Assembly: GCA_024679065.1 (NCBI GenBank) | Contig: JAGIQG010000013.1 | Span: 41,230,001 to 41,294,000 of the forward strand | Direction: 5' to 3' | Length of the DNA stretch: 64,000 nt | Origin: Sphyrna mokarran | Taxonomy: Eukaryota | Shown: piece by piece, positions 62,995 to 64,000 of the stretch | Numbering within the stretch: position 1 is the first letter of the stretch | Layout of the letters: each line of letters starts with the position of its first letter | Notes under the pieces: model-generated | Told to the model about the DNA's origin: nothing | What the model saw: the letters and a program-made list of their open reading frames with translations, nothing else | Database searches by the model: none | Made by a program: the position numbers and the translations under genes

Positions 62995-63625
62995 ATATTA
63001 ACCTTCATTGTAAAAGGGCTCGAGTTCAGGAGTAGGAATGTCTCACTGAAGTTAGACAGGGCCTTCTTCTTCTTCCTTGGTGAGACCAGACCTGGAGCAG
63101 TGCATGTAATTTTGGTCTCTCTATTTAAGGAAGGATATACATGCCGTAGAGAATGCAGCAAAGATTGACTGGACTAATACTGGGACTGGCGTGACTTTCA
63201 CACAAGTTCAACTGGGCCTATATTCACTTGAGATTAGAAGGATGATAGGAGGTTTGACTGAAATGTGTAAAATTCTAACAGAGCTGGACAGGGGCAAGAT
63301 GTTTATTCTGATTGGGGAATCGAAAACCAGAGGACACTTTCTCAAGATATGGAATGGACCATTTAAGCTCTGAGTTAAGAAAATAATTCTTCACTCATAA
63401 GGCAGCAAATCCATGGAATTTGCTACCACTGATGGCTGTGGAGGTCAAATTACTGAATAATTTCATGAAAGATAGAGACAATTGTTTAAATTTTAATGGC
63501 ATCAGGGTGTATGGGGAAAAAGTTGGACTATGATATTGATATAGAGAAGCAGCTATGATCGTATTTAATGGTGGAGCAGGCTGGAAGGGCCAAACAGCCT
63601 ACTCTTGTTCCTAGTTTCTATGCAT
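62995..63625 (+). mobile_element. CR1 LINE 3' fragment
   Basis: LVRPDLE-like ttggtgagaccagacctggag, LGLYSLEIRRMIGGLTEMCKIL...SKTRGH and the CR1 3' UTR. Confidence 0.85.
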
Positions 63626-63863
63626 GGAATTCTCCAAAAAAAATTTCTAGGTGTCATAATGGCATGGAAACAGGAGTGATCCGTGCCAGTCCTTTTGACA
63701 CATGCCAAACTGCAATCGTCCAATATTCTGTGCACTGAAACAAGCCATTATGGAGTCCCCAGCTGTGTGACTCACCCAAAGTGGCTGTAGCCACTTTGTG
63801 TATGGATAACAAGGGTAGCATTTAAACGTTCCCACTGCACTTGCAGCCACTCATGCCAGAAAG

Positions 63864-64000
63864 ATGGCAGCATGTCGATCAACCCCATGCTTCACGAAGG
63901 GAGAGCTAGGACAGCTGTTGGATGCCGTGAATCATCCTGTACCCCCTAGACAACGCAGAAGCAGGGACTCCAATGCAGCCTGAGATTCGATGCCCATAGC
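63864..64000 (+). mobile_element. Harbinger Myb/SANT ORF relic, running off the window
   Basis: MAACRSTPCFTKGELGQLLDAV matches the N-terminal motif seen at 29930-30005. Confidence 0.6.

Noticed and set aside
1-64000. Endogenous viral element or prokaryotic insert
   Set aside because: I saw no long ORFs, viral hallmark motifs or compositional shift. A translated search against viral proteins would be needed to exclude very decayed relics.

Overview
This is AT-rich, CpG-poor eukaryotic DNA. The repeat content points to a cartilaginous fish, probably a shark (inference from HE1-type tRNA SINEs, HER1/CR1 LINEs, DeuSINE-like and Rex1/Babar elements). I find no complete, recognisable protein-coding gene. 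The ORF track is mostly chance ORFs or decayed transposon frames, so the window looks like intergenic DNA or a very large intron. It is a mosaic of CR1, L2, RTE and Rex1/Babar LINE fragments, at least two tRNA-SINE subfamilies with different 3' tails, PIF/Harbinger relics, a Ty3/gypsy gag relic and a Ty1/copia pol relic. Several repeat-free islands look like conserved enhancers, the best being 42.9-43.6 kb. The most notable structure is a family of short Penelope-like (PLE) terminal elements carrying decayed minimal hammerhead-ribozyme motifs. Four copies are fold-back hairpins. Three of these have 12-14 bp target-site duplications, an inverted arm ending at the same position, and a ~37-nt tail on the other arm only. 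Two ~100-160 bp local inverted duplications and some unverified candidate (micro)exons are also noted. Family names come from recalled motifs, not database searches. Boundaries of decayed elements are approximate.
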